Assembly: GCA_964016885.1 (NCBI GenBank)
Contig: OZ024746.1
Span: 41,664,001 to 41,728,000 of the forward strand
Length of the DNA: 64,000 nt
Reading direction: 5' to 3'
Source of the DNA: Eledone cirrhosa
Taxonomy: Eukaryota
In this document: piece after piece, positions 39,975-53,120 of the stretch
Position numbering within the stretch: the stretch's first letter is position 1
Layout of the letters: every line of letters starts with the position of its first letter
The notes under the pieces: generated by a model
Databases searched by the model: none
Seen by the model: only the letters and a program-made list of their open reading frames with translations
What the model was told of the DNA's origin: nothing
Program-made: the position numbers and the translations under genes

Positions 39975-40830
39975 AATAATAATGAAATATTGTGTACAGT
40001 GCTCAGGTGCACTACAACTCATCAAAAAGTGTATGTATAGTACATAGGGTAATTTACAAACATCAGAAAAATGAACAGTGCATGAGTCATGATACACACG
40101 TGTGCATGTGTATGGAAGGGGTACATCAGGTGTAGTTTTGGTGTATTTCGGGAAGCATGAGTGTCTTAAAGGATGTAGTGTGTTCCATGCTTCAGCAACT
40201 CTGAGCATGAAAAAATGTCTACGAAAGTCATGGGAGCTGTGCTGTTTTCTGACTTTGTAGGCATGTCCACGTGTGTTAGACACATGGAGATCAAAAAGGG
40301 TAGCAATTGGCAAGATGGTTAATAGCTTTGTGGGTATTTACCAAGTCCATTGCCAGACGTCGGAGCTTCAATGAATCCATGCCCAGGGAAGCAAGGCGTT
40401 CAGAGTATGGTAGGTGTCTGATGGAGGGTATGCGCTTGGTTGCACGTCTCTGAACAGTTTCCAGGAGGTCAATGTTCTGAGCAAGATAGGGGTTCCAGAC
40501 TGATGATGCAAATTCCAAGTGTGGTCGTACCATAGCTGTATACAGTTTTAAATAGATGGCTGGAGAGCGGCTAACAAAGGTCTTGCTGAGTGATGCCAAG
40601 ACACCCTCGGCCTTCTTGAAAATCTTAGAGACATGCTTTGTCCAACGCAAATTGCTGCTGACAGTAATGCCTAGGTCACGTTCACAAGAGGACTTCTTGA
40701 TATCAGTGTTGTGGAGGGAGTATGTGGACGCTGGATTTTTCCTCCCAAAATGCATGGTGGTACACTTGTCCACAGCCAGCTTCAGTTGCCAGTCTGTAAT
40801 CCATTGCTACATTGTGTCCAGGTCTGATTG
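39975..40830 (-). mobile_element. CR1-group LINE 3' fragment
   Basis: ORF 40291-40773 contains KCTTMHFG, ERDLGI, LYTAMVRPHLEFASSVWNP and LETVQRRATK. Downstream TRGHAYK and FFMLRVAEAWN, then an (ATT)n tail. Confidence 0.92.
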
Positions 40831-41906
40831 AAGTATGTATAAAAAGTGTACCAAAGTAGGATAGTGAGACAGGAATTGAGTACAAAATATCTATTGATAC
40901 TGAAAAGAAGTTAGGCAAACAGGATCTTTTGGATTTGTAATGTTGAACAGCAAGAAATGCAGATCATAAATGAGGTGAGAGAACAAATGGACATTAAAGA
41001 CATCAATCAATACATGTAGGAAAGATGGTTGCACTGGTATTGCATGTAATGAAAATGAATGATGAGTGCTGGACAAAACAGTAAATGATGTTAGAGGCAG
41101 TGTGATGAAGGTCAGACGGTTAGATAGTGAGGTCACATTTAAGGATACTGCACATCACTGATAAAACGAAAAGAAATTGTAGTAAGAAAGAAGTGTATCA
41201 CAGACATGTTCAATTCATGCCAGTTCAGAAAAAGTGGGCATTAAAATGTTAATGACAGAATGTCACACAGTTTTAACTAAAATACTCCAAATTAATTTCC
41301 CATTAAAATATTTTCACAAATTTATTTCCCCTTGATCAAAAGCATTCTAGCCTAGGTAATACTCTCTTTGTAAACATTGTGTAAAGTACAATATTGATGA
41401 CAGAATGTTTTTTTCTGTTGCATGTTAGCAAAAGTGTCATTTCAAAAAATACTAGGATGTGTTTTGATGGCAATTTGGCTGCTATTTCAACCAGGTCGAG
41501 TGAGCACATAAAGGTTCTCTTGGATTGCCAGTAATCATGGACGATACTCCAAATAATGCATTTATGTTGTACAATTATAGACAATATATATTGCAGGATG
41601 TTGCAGTGTTTATAATTTCCTCAGGATTAATACAGTAAGTAAAAATTATGAAAACAAAATTGGATTATGAGTTTTATTTTTTTATGAAGCTACTTCTATA
41701 TCACACATACACACATTCCACAGAAATGATTATAAAATAGAATATTGTAGAAGAGTGAGGTGGATAAAATCTTCTCTGTACTCATGCAGACACACATCTG
41801 CAGCCACTCATAGATACACTCATGGATATATATATATATGTATATATATATACATATCATCATCATCATCATCATCATCATCATTTTACGTCTGCTTTTC
41901 CCTGCT

Positions 41907-41951
<45 letters not shown>

Positions 41952-42186
41952 TATCTTCCTCAAACAACTTGTTAAATTTCTAGCCAGCCAGTCGTCATTT
42001 AACCACTTTAATGTGCTAGATTCTACTAAATAAAACAATACAGAATATATATATTCTGTATTGTTTTATACATATATATATATATACATCATCATCATCA
42101 TTTTACATCCGCTTTTCTCTACTTGCATATATATATGCATACATCGATATAAATGCATATATATGTATAAATAATTATATACATGC

Positions 42187-42219
<33 letters not shown>

Positions 42220-42651
42220 CATTCAGACATATATATGTATAAATATATATATATATATACATATAAGTATGTATACGTGCATGTATATATATAGAGAGAG
42301 AGAGAGAAAGGGAATGATATACAGACATATATGTGTGTATAAACAAATAAAATAAAGAACAAATACCAGTCATATTTTATTCATTCATTTGCAATATCAA
42401 CATGGGACAGAACTGAGAATTTTATCACATTTTGTTCAATCTCAACAATTCTTTTCTTCTTCTTCAGCCACCTACTCTGAAACACTATATTTCAGATTTT
42501 TTCTTGCCTAAATATTCATTGTATAGAAACCAGCTGAATGAGTATGTAGTTTGTGTGTGTGTGTATGGATGCATGTACTTAAGTATGTATAACAACATTT
42601 AATGGCTGCTGTTTTCCCTGATAGCATGTGTATAGACATACATATATATAT

Positions 42652-42692
<41 letters not shown>

Positions 42693-43699
42693 CCATTTAT
42701 GTGGGATGGTTTAACTAATAGGTAGATCTAGTCATTCCGTTCAACGGACTGTAATACAATAAGTAAATGCACTCAACATTATATGTATGATCCATCATGG
42801 TTATGGTATCTTATGGTTGGTGAAAAAATGGAGTTAAATACTACAATGAAAATCCAATGTTGCACTATTACAAAATACATATTTCTATAACTGGCTTATG
42901 TCATCAATTGGCAATGTCATCAGATGGAATGAACATATGAGATTTATTTCAGTAATCCTTACTGGGTTACAGCAAAATATAAACAAAGAATAGATATGGC
43001 GACAGCCCAGCTAGTGATGCAATTAATATCTAAACATAGGAATGGTAGTGTGGTTAAGAAGCTTGCTTCACAACTGCAGGGTTCTGGATTCAGTCTAACT
43101 GCATGGCACCTTGGGAAAATGTATTTTACCATAGGCTCAATTTGGATAATGTCAAACACACACACAAGCGCCTGCAGTTTCTGTCTACCAAATTAAAAAA
43201 TAAAAAATCAGATGATTATATGAAGTGGATATAATTAAAGTTAAGAATTATCAGTAACTAGCATGTCTCGAGACTGAGGATACTTATAACCCTTCCTATC
43301 ACCTATCCTGAGGTCCCTGAAAAGCACCACAAGTGCTGCCCTTCCTCTACTGAGTAAGCCATTAAAAACAAACAAACCAAAAAATAGTGGCCTGATTTTC
43401 CATCATTAACTAAATTGCTAGTATTGTAAGGAAATCTAAAATAAAGCTTGGTAAACAAAGCTGCGATGAAACAATAAAAAACTAACTTCAATGATGTTTT
43501 ATAGGTGAAGAGGTTTGTTGATAGCTTTAAAAAACCTTCTGGATTTAATGATAGGAAAATTCAATAACTATTTTTGTGCTTTCCCAATCATTCTTCTTAG
43601 TAACCAAAGCATAAATGTCTAATAGAGTCATTTATCAAAGAACCAGTTAAGGTGAAACTATTAGTTGTAATATAACTGAAGAACAATCCAATTATTGGA

Positions 43700-44300
43700 T
43701 AGGAAAATTTAGTGAGCTTAATATGGATAATAAAAGTGGCAAGTGGCTAAATCAATTGTGAACCTGACAATCTGCTAAGAGGATAGCAGTCAGTACCTTG
43801 TCATTTGTGTTGATCTGCATCAAATTAACTGTAAATAGCCTGGTACTCTGGATGTTAAAGTCCCCTACTGTACACAGCATCAGCTCTCTGCAACTAATAT
43901 GGGCTTCCTTATTTTGCTGTGATGAGCAACAAAAAGAGGGATTAGCTTGAGAGGGGCTTGCTATCGATATTATCTTAGATATTCTTTATGAATATTGATG
44001 GACAGTAAAATGTGGAGAATATTTCAATAAATGTGTTGGATTTCTTAATGGAAAGATTTAGATTTGATGCAAAATATTTGCTTATGTTGTTTAAGGCAAG
44101 ATTTAGGAGAGACAGATGTTTCATGGTGTGGGGAAAATAAGTGAAAGAATTAATTATAGATAGATATGCCACCAGTAATTTTAGAAGACATTCATTTCCA
44201 TTGTTGCTGCTGTCGATGCTTCTATTGTTGTTCTTGTGGCAATACATCTTTCTTCTAGCATGGGTATTGAATACTGGAGACTTCACAGTCAACACCAGGC
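43700..44300 (-). mobile_element. Highly decayed LINE remnants
   Basis: VGDFNI (APE endonuclease GDFN motif) at about 43852-43870 and KYFASNLNL at about 44053-44080. The fragment order is not clearly colinear. Confidence 0.35.
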
Positions 44301-46361
44301 TCCCTGTCATCTATGGTAGCAAACTATATCTCTTTTCCTTCTCTCTCTATCTCTATCTCTTTCTTTGTCCCTCTCTCTTTTGAATTACATATTTTAGCTA
44401 GAAGGCAAGATTGGTATTGCTAAATTTTGGGACCGCTTTCTGTTATATTTTTTATAAATATAACTCTACAATTCTTTGTGATTGATTCATCAGGCTTTTG
44501 CTACCATTGTTTCTGAAAGTATCACAAGAGCATGTATTTTAGAGCCTAATGTCCCCCCAATACTCTAGTTCCATTAGTCACTCTAATTTGCAACTAGCCT
44601 CTAACAAAACTTTAGCCTAAGGCTACTCAACAATTACTTCAGGAATTCAATAGTTCCACTCTCCCAAGTTGACTACATGAGTAAAAGAGGTGAGTTTTTC
44701 AATCTCTCATCATGTTAGATCACTGTTTTACAGTAGCAACAACAGAAAGAAGTAAATAACTGTTTATTGGTGTGCCTGATACTCTAAGTTGTCAGAAAGA
44801 ATTGTTTTTAAAATGTTTTCTAACTATTTCCAAGAATACATAAAAACAATCACATACAAGTGGATTAAAGCCATTTTCCATGCTAAAGAGGAGTTAACCT
44901 TTACAGGCACCATGGTAGACTTCATACTCACCAAGGGGTCTTTTTTGAGGCAATGTTTTGTAGCTAGATGTTATTCCCAGTATCAGCCCTTTTAGTCACC
45001 TTTACAAAACACAGGGGTATGATGTACTGATTCTAAACCAAATACACACAAAAATACAAGAGAAAAAATAAAACAAGCATAAATAAAAACACGAATATAG
45101 CAATAAAACCGTTGAATCAAAGATAAGAATGCAGTATTCTATAAGTATTTGGTATAAAGTATATTTTGATATTGAAGAGGACCTGAAGTCATCATTGATA
45201 CATTATTTAAATAAAAGAAGAAAAAAAGAGTTGTGGATTGGCATAATTGGTAGTATGTCAAACTAAATTACATTTTTTTGACATCCTCAGTTCAAATCCA
45301 GCCAGAGTTGCTGCTTCTTTTCATTTTCCAGGGTCAATAAAATAAGTACCTGCCACATAATGTAAGTATTGGCTGGGATTAATTAAATTGACTAAACACT
45401 TATCCCAAATATGTGACCCTGTAAAAGAGATCATGAACATCCACAAGGGAGTCTCTTTATTGTCATTCAACTTGCCAGAAATAGTAGCCAAAACTTTCTG
45501 AAATCACACCCTATTATTTTAGAAATGGCAAGAATATATTAGATAGTGTAATCCTATATTACCCCTGAAACGTAAGGGTGGTCATTATTGGAACATCTTT
45601 GACCATAGATCAAAGATCTTCCAAAAGATCTCATTTAAGGTTCAACTGGGTCTAAACAATAATGATTTCTAATTTAAATAAAAATTCAGTAATTTTGGGG
45701 AAGGGAATGTCAATTACATCAACCCAGTATGTGACTGGTATTTTATTTTATCGACCTCAGAAGGATGAAAGGCAAAGGTGAGCTTAGTGGAATTTAGTCT
45801 CAGACAGTAAAGAGCTGTCCAATGTTCCAACAATTCTCCCAATAACAGCAATATATATAGGAACTTGTATTCTTCAAATTGGGAGGTGTTTGATGCCATA
45901 AATAAGTTTTTAAAGGTCTCTGGGGGAATAGCAAAAAGATTAAAATGACAAAATGCACCATCAACAAAAATGGGTGACACACAAAATAACTGTTGATTGA
46001 ATAAAAAGAAAAATTCTGGAATGTATGAGTTGATTGAGGAGCTTATAGTATGAATGATGAATGTAGAAAGTAAGCAGTAAGCTAAGAAAGTACTTTTACC
46101 ATTTGGTATAAATGTCTAAGGAAAAGAAAGTATTGGAAAACTTAGAAAGCATGAGGGTAGGAAAGTAGTGGCTTGGGTGGTATAAGTCCTTATTCTATTA
46201 AATCTTGTTAAATTATGTTGTTTGAGAAATCAAGGTAGATCATTGAATCAATGAAATAAGGGTTAAAGGTTAATTCCTTACATGTATGGAAGATTAAATT
46301 AGAAGTCATACAATCAGAAAAGTCTTGAGTAGAGTTTTCAGAATGTGTATCATTAACAGTA

Positions 46362-46675
46362 GGTGGCAAATTGGCAGAGTTGTTAGAACATCAGATAGAA
46401 TGCTTTATAGCATTTATTTCGGCTCTCTACAGTCAGAATTCAAATCCCACCAATGTCAACTTTGCCTTTTATCCTCTCACACTCAATAAAAACAGTACCA
46501 GTCCAACACTGGGGGACTTTTTGTCACTCACTGCCTCTCTCTTTCTCTGGAAGAAAATTGCTGTGTTCAGATATGGAGAGGATATGGGCTCCACCAGGTT
46601 TTAAAAACGTTCAAGAAATGCTGTATGTTACTAGGGTGCCCCTTGACTCCATCAGGAGTTATGGGTTCATATGAT
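46362..46675 (+). mobile_element. Meta-domain-like SINE with alternative 3' tail
   Basis: Head ggtggcaaattggcagag, B box-like aattcaaatccc, core tttgccttttatcct. Tail shared with 30036-30300. Confidence 0.7.
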
Positions 46676-47219
46676 ATGATCATTAACAGTACCTTCAGTA
46701 ACAAAGAATTGGAAAAATTACTTTGAGAAAGACAGGAAGTACTAATAGCCTCTAGATGCTCATCAAAGATAGAGTTTACAGATTACTGAGAATGATTGAT
46801 AAAAGTAAAGGTAATTTAAATGATATCCAGCACTCTGTATTCTGAACAATGTTGTATGTTTGTTTATGATGTCACTGGTTAAGAGCAGTTATTGTTTATT
46901 ATAAAACAAATATATGTAAGTAGTGAGTATTGGCTGTTGTAAATGCCATAAGTCCCAGAGGTGTGCTCAAACATAGCTGCCCCAATGATATGGGCCTGGG
47001 TTGTGCAAGGGAGAGTACTTTGGTATGTGGTAGCTCAGGCACAGATCACATTGTGGTAGCAGCAGACAGAATAGAGAAAACATTGCCCCTGAAGTACTCA
47101 ATAGAAGTGGATTTTGCAGCTTGAAAAATTGAGGATTGAATAATGTAATGTTCTCAAGAACAAGATGGTTTAGCTGCAGTTAGCAAGTTCAGAAGAAAAA
47201 AGGTAATTGAAGGATTGTC

Positions 47220-47500
47220 TAAAAAAGAAGTTCTAAAGTCTGTCTTAAGCCAGAAGGCTCGTTAGGTTGATGCCTTCTCCTGGTTTCATGGAGTGAAGTG
47301 GCTGAGAGTACAAGACACCAGTCCATTGCAGTGTTAAACTGCCAGCTATTACTGGTACTCATTTTCAGTTGAGTATACTGGAGCAATGGGAAATGAAGTA
47401 TTTTGCTCAAGAACACAACATGCCCCCAGCCCAGGAATCAAACCCACAACATTATGATTGTAAGTCCAACACCCTTGCCACTAGGCCATATGCCTCCACT
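47220..47500 (-). mobile_element. CORE-like tRNA SINE variant
   Basis: ctggagcaatgggaaatgaagtattttgctcaagaacacaac...ccactaggccatatgcctcc, giving A box tggcctagtgg on the minus strand. Confidence 0.7.
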
Positions 47501-48689
47501 AATTGAAGGATTGTACAGGAGAGAAAGAAGACAGAATACTTGTAGAGGATAAGAGGCAAGTGATTGTATATGAACAATTGATATTTAAACAAATAGCTGT
47601 TTCTTAGTATGGTACAGATTTACAACTAAGTGTGTATGTATCCATTAGTGAATGCATTGTCTTTAATGTATGATAATTAGGCCATTGTAAGGTATTACAG
47701 TAGCATTTTAAAATTGAATTATTTCTACCTTTCAAAACAAAACAGTCTTTCTCATACCTTCACTGGTACAGAAATGTCTTGTCACAAAGAATGGTTAACA
47801 AGTTTCAAAGCCAAACATTTTCAAGACATTTGTCTACTTATAAAGTTACGTTCCCATCTATGCAAGGATATAAATCAAGCCAAGTACTTGTCTTGTATTT
47901 TATTTGAACTCAGTGATTTTTGTGGCAGTTCTTTGTAAAAGTTATAACTGAAGGAGTTAAATAGTAGGTATTTAAAAGCAAAGTCATTCAAGTTCTGAAG
48001 ATTTTCATTTTTGTCTTAGCAGCTGTTTTGTAAGTTTTAATGAACCACTTAGGTGAGAAATATCTCTGGTATTTTGAAAAGTGTAATACAGTTAACAGAT
48101 AGATAGAGAGGTGGTTTCCATAACTGCTTCTGTTGCTTAGTTGGTATAAGGCATAAAGCATATTTGTTGCCATGGACAGTTGGCATCTGAGAAAAGTGTA
48201 TCCAATTAGTCAGAATCATATTATCGTTTCCTAACAGAATTGACTATAATATAAAGAGGCTATTTTGTATATATGCATCCAACTTGTATCAGCTAGAAGA
48301 AAATGTTGATATTGATGATGAAGATGGTAAGGATGCAGTGATGAAGGAGTGGAAGAAGAGAAGGAAAAATGTGGTAGGATTGATTTTAGTATGGTTTTTA
48401 ACACATCATTATGATGCTTATAATTCTGTTTGGTCATAGTGATGATATAAGAAAGCCCATGTTTGTTTATAACTAATATACCTTGAGATGTGATTTGGAT
48501 ATCAGACCAAAGAATAAATATTTATTTAAGATAGGGATAAAAATTATGATGCTGGCAATGAAGGAAGATGCCAATGAGAATGATGACAATGATGATGATG
48601 ATAATGTAAACAATAACAACAGCAAAATTATTTTCAGAATTATTAAACAGAAACTTGATTAATACTATGACTGTTTTTATTCTTAACAG

Positions 48690-48738
48690 CTGGTTGTCTT
48701 AAGAGTTGAGAGATATCAGCTTTGCTTAATCACAGATG
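48690..48738 (+). other. Candidate 49-nt host exon
   Basis: Acceptor tttttattcttaacAG and donor ATG|GTGAGT in non-repeat sequence. Open in frame 0 (LVVLRVERYQLCLITD). Confidence 0.3.
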
Positions 48739-49769
48739 GTGAGTGAAGTAGTGTAAACACAACACTTAATACCCATCAAAGAAATAATGTGGGTGGTGTG
48801 GGTATATTTCAAAAGACAGTGGTTGGCTTACTTGCAAAGCAGGTGTATTGTAGCAGTGTTTCAGTGATTCATTTTCTTATAGCAGTGGCAGTAGTAGCAT
48901 TCATTTTCTAGATTTTCTCAAGCAACTTTGAAGGTTCATGGTTAAATTTATTCACCATTTAACCTTTAACTGAATATTTTAGCATTGCCTAATTTGGTTA
49001 AATGTTATTCTGTTACTGTGTGGTTTTCTATGTGTGTTCAGGAATTCATTTATATTAAAGTGCTTGTGTTTATGCAGTTATCTGTGAATGGTTTAATTCA
49101 TTCTCATATTTAACACATGCATTCTGAAATACATGTTATTTTTAATGTTTTAATATGCTTTCCAAAACATGGTTATTTATAATGTTTCAGAATATTGTAA
49201 ATAACAAAATATAGAAACAAATTTGAATTCACTGCTATAACTAGTAAATACTAAAATAATGATGAATAAACAAATGTATAAGTACATTTTATATTTTTGT
49301 TTCCTAACAAGGTCTATTTTCAGATGATTTAGTTTCCTTCTCCTTACACATTTTAGTAACTTCAGTGAATGTTTAATGATTTGTAGTAGAAGATTGAGAA
49401 TGTTGGAAAGTCTTTGAAAGAAAAATAGAATCATTCAACTGAAAATAGAAATAATAATTATTTTCCACAGTAATATATGAGCAGTTAACCTTACAATGTA
49501 TAACAACCAATTTATAGTATTTAATCATATAACATGTAATTACTTACATAGCAGAAATATGACAAGAGCTTAGTTTTCTCATTATGCTTGCTATGTATGA
49601 ATTAGAACTAGCAAACAACAAATTGGTCCAATGAATAACAACAGTCAATTATGAAGAAAGTGTGTGTGTGTGTGTTTTGGCAGCAATTTTACATTCCCTA
49701 TATTAAAAAAAATGTAGGTTTTGTTATCTTGGTCATGATGCATATGACCAAAGTTTCATGATATCTTAT

Positions 49770-50145
49770 TATTCCTGAGAGGGTTGTGGGAGCAGAATCC
49801 TCAAACACTCCTTCCAGCAGGTCCTGTCAGAAATAACCATCTTGATCTGATCTGGATGGATCCCCAAGCAAGACCAGCCAAGCTCATGCTCTGGGTCTCC
49901 TGCTGGTTGGTTTTGCCCTTAAAATCTGTCCAGCAATTCTTTCCTGAGACATTCTAACCCCATGCCCATAGTATCAGAGCTGTGATCTCTCAATTCAAAG
50001 AAGTAGCATCTCTACTTGGAGTGACTCACTGATCTCCTAGCTATGCACTATCAAGTAATGTTACACCAAAGATCCTTCAAAAGAACCCCTTTTCAGCCGT
50101 TTGTATTCGTGATCATATTTTTTCTGTTGTTATCCAAGATTCATG
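49770..50145 (-). mobile_element. RTE LINE 3' fragment (Expander/Rex3-like family)
   Basis: Reverse-complement homologue of 13440-13870 and 28860-29240. Confidence 0.8.
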
Positions 50146-50751
50146 ATATTGTGTTTTTGAATAATACTTAAGAGATCTCTATATGCATTGTTTGCTTTCT
50201 AAAATCAGGGTAAAAATTGATGCTTTTATTTTGCTTGTAATGTTATTTTGACAATGTATCACAGGACTAATTTATGAAACACCCCTAACAATAAAGTCTG
50301 TTAATTTTTACAAGTCCTCCTTCGTTTGATTGTGGAATGAATCTATCATTATCGTTCATGAGTGTTCCAGCTGTTCAATCTATGGTACAGCTTTCTCATG
50401 AAATTAACCTCTAAGTGACTGAGCATTCTACAGATACTTGTACTCTTACAGTAATTCCCAAGGAGATTCAGCATGACAGTGTATGACACGGCAGGATCTT
50501 TGAAGTACAGGTACAATTAAACTGACAGGCTTCTAAACAGTTTCTGTCTACACAATTTCACTCAAAAGGGGTGGGTCAACCCAAGGCTTTGGTAAATGAC
50601 ATTTACCCAAATCAGTTTCTACATTGTTGTTTGACCTGCTAAAACAGAAGCTATTTTTTCAAATCACACCTATCACCTTAAAACAGAAAGGACACAAGAC
50701 ACAGTTGTTATAGAAGCGTTAATTGAAAGATAAAATAGTTGAGATTTAACA

Positions 50752-52420
50752 ATCATCATCATCATCATCATTTAGCGTCTATCTTCCACGGTAGCGTCTA
50801 TCTTCCACGTGAGGCAAGATTGGTTGTCTTGCTCGTATAGGACTGTCTGGGGGTTTTCTACGGCTGGATGCCCTTCCTAACACCAACCACGTTTACAGTG
50901 TGGACTGGGAGGTTTTTACCGTGTTACCTACACAGCCACATTACAGTGTGGACTGTGTTTTTTTTTTGTCGTGACACCTACACGACCTCATTTGTTTAGG
51001 ACTGGATGTTGTGGCACCAACATAACTTTACAGAGAAAGGGGTGGTGTAGATGTGGGTGGGTGTAGGGGTAGTGGGATGGGGGTGTATGTTTGGTTAGGA
51101 GGTGCCTACTGACTGTAGGTTTCGCTTTGTACTTAGGCAAGGCAGGTCTTCTGTATTACTGCGTAACGCCAAAGATCTCGGTCCAGTAACATTGTCTTGG
51201 AGAGGTGTAAGTGTGTAAGGTCGGAATTTATCAAATCGTCCCAGGTTTCTCTGGCTTTGCCTACTCCATAGCTTCCATCTATTTTGATCGCCCTGCACTT
51301 TATAATACAGCTGTCATCTTTCATGCGCATCACGTGACCATACCAACGTAGTCTTCTCTCGAGTAAACAGCATCTGATCCCTCTTATTCCTAATTTCTCA
51401 CTTAGCTTTGCCGTTCACGTATATTACTATTACACATCCAACGGAGCATGCAAGCGTCGTTCCTCTCCAGTCTGCACACAATGCCCATGTAACATTGCTG
51501 TTCGTATGCAGGCATCATACAGTCTGCCTTTCATTTTTAGGGAGAAACCTTTAGTGGCCAATAGTGGTATAAGCACTCTGAACTTTTTCCATCCCGTTCT
51601 CACTCTAGCTACTGTACTTTCAAAGCACCCTCTACCACTGCTGATTTTATCACCCAGGTAACAGAAGGTGTCCACTATTTCCATAGAACCATCTGGGCAA
51701 TGGAAGGAGCTAGTATCCTGTGAGCACTTGCCACTACTTATTGCACCTAGGCACCAGCCACATATAAAATCTATGTTTTTATTTAGTTTACCTGTGATCC
51801 CACTACATCTTTTATGCACCCATACTTTGCATTTGGGACATAAAATGGAGTTTCTGCCTACTCCTTTCCTACACACTGAGCATGGCCATTTCCCTGAAGG
51901 GACCAGTGCCCTATTTTCCTTCCTACATACTAGAACTTTAGTCTTAGACAAGTTAATTTTAAGGCCTTTTGATTCTAGGCCAGCTGCCAAGTTTGGAATT
52001 TCTTCTCTAGTTCAGCCATTGATTCAGCTATGAGCGTTAGATCATCTGCACATAGAAGTTCCCATGGGCAGCCGGTCTTGAACTCCTCTGTTATAGCCTG
52101 AAGGGCAATAATAAATGGGAGGGGGCTAAGGACAGAGTCCTGATGAACACCGAATTTTACACTAAATTCTTCACTGTATTCATTGTTAATTCTAACCTTG
52201 CTGACTGTTTCTTTATACATGGCTTGTATAGCTCTCACAAGCCATTCATCAACACCTAGTTTTCTAAGAGTCCACCAGATAATGGAGTGGGGGGACTTTG
52301 TCAAAGGCTTTCTCCAAGTCAACAAAAGCTAAGTACAGGGGTTTACTTTTAGCTAGGTACTTCTCCTGTAGTTGTCGTACAAGGAAAAGAGTGTCTGTGG
52401 TACTTTTACCTGACACAAAT
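50752..52420 (-). mobile_element. RTE-clade LINE, 5'-truncated, frameshifted RT and PHD-like Cys region
   Basis: FVSGKSTTDTLFLVRQLQEKYL..YLAFVDLEKAFD, VHQDSVLSPL, LLCADDL, WPCSVC..C..C..WVHKRC, FCYLGD, then a (GAT)n tail. Confidence 0.95.
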
Positions 52421-52530
52421 CAACAACAATAGACCATTACCTACTTCGTAGGTAGGTGCACAGAAAAAAACTTTCGTTGCACTTGTTAACATTTGAGCCA
52501 GCAATACTACCTTTATTATAATATAGGTGT

Positions 52531-52860
52531 ATCATCATCATCATCATCATTTCATTTTACGTCCGCTTTTTCCCTGCTTGCAAGGGTGGGACGGGAACTG
52601 ATTCTAGCTTCCCTTCCTAACACCAACCTCATTTACAGTGAGTGCTGGGTGCTTTTTTGCCGTGGCACCTCCACGACCACTTTGCAGTGGAATGATAGGG
52701 ACCCCAGTCCCTATCATCTCATTTCTACAGCTGAGGAAGCTGGAGTAATGTGAAATAAAGTGTCTTGCTCAAGGAAACAACACATCACCCGGTCTGAGAA
52801 TGAACTCACAACCTTTCGATTGCAAGGCCAATGCTCTAACCACTAAGCCATGTGCCTCCA
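52531..52860 (-). mobile_element. Full-length CORE-like tRNA SINE with RTE-derived tail
   Basis: A box tggcttagtgg, B box gagttcattc, core ccttgagcaagacactttatttcac and an 11-bp hairpin atgatagggac/gtccctatcat. The tail is near-identical to the RTE 3' UTR at 36486-36605. Confidence 0.92.
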
Positions 52861-52889
52861 TATATGAAGGCAAATACAATATGCTTATG

Positions 52890-53113
52890 CATAATGGTTT
52901 CTGATTTAGGCATAAGGCCAACAATTTTTTTTGGTGGGGAAAGTCGATTAAATCAATCCCACTGTGTCAGTGATACTTTGTTTTATTGATCCTGTAAGGG
53001 TAAAAGGCAAAGCTAACCTTCTCAGGATTTGAACTCAGAATGTAAAGGGCCATAATTATATACTGCAAAGCATGTTATCCAATGATCTACTGATGCTGCT
53101 AAATCACCACCCT
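52890..53113 (-). mobile_element. Full-length long-form Meta-domain-like SINE
   Basis: Complete reverse-strand head and core, flanked by atatgcttat direct repeats. Confidence 0.85.
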
Positions 53114-53120
53114 TATATGC

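Noticed and set aside
52790-52860. tRNA gene
   Set aside because: A and B boxes are present but run straight into the SINE core and tail, with no complete cloverleaf. The same holds for other SINE heads and for the half tRNA-Trp at 61862-61893.
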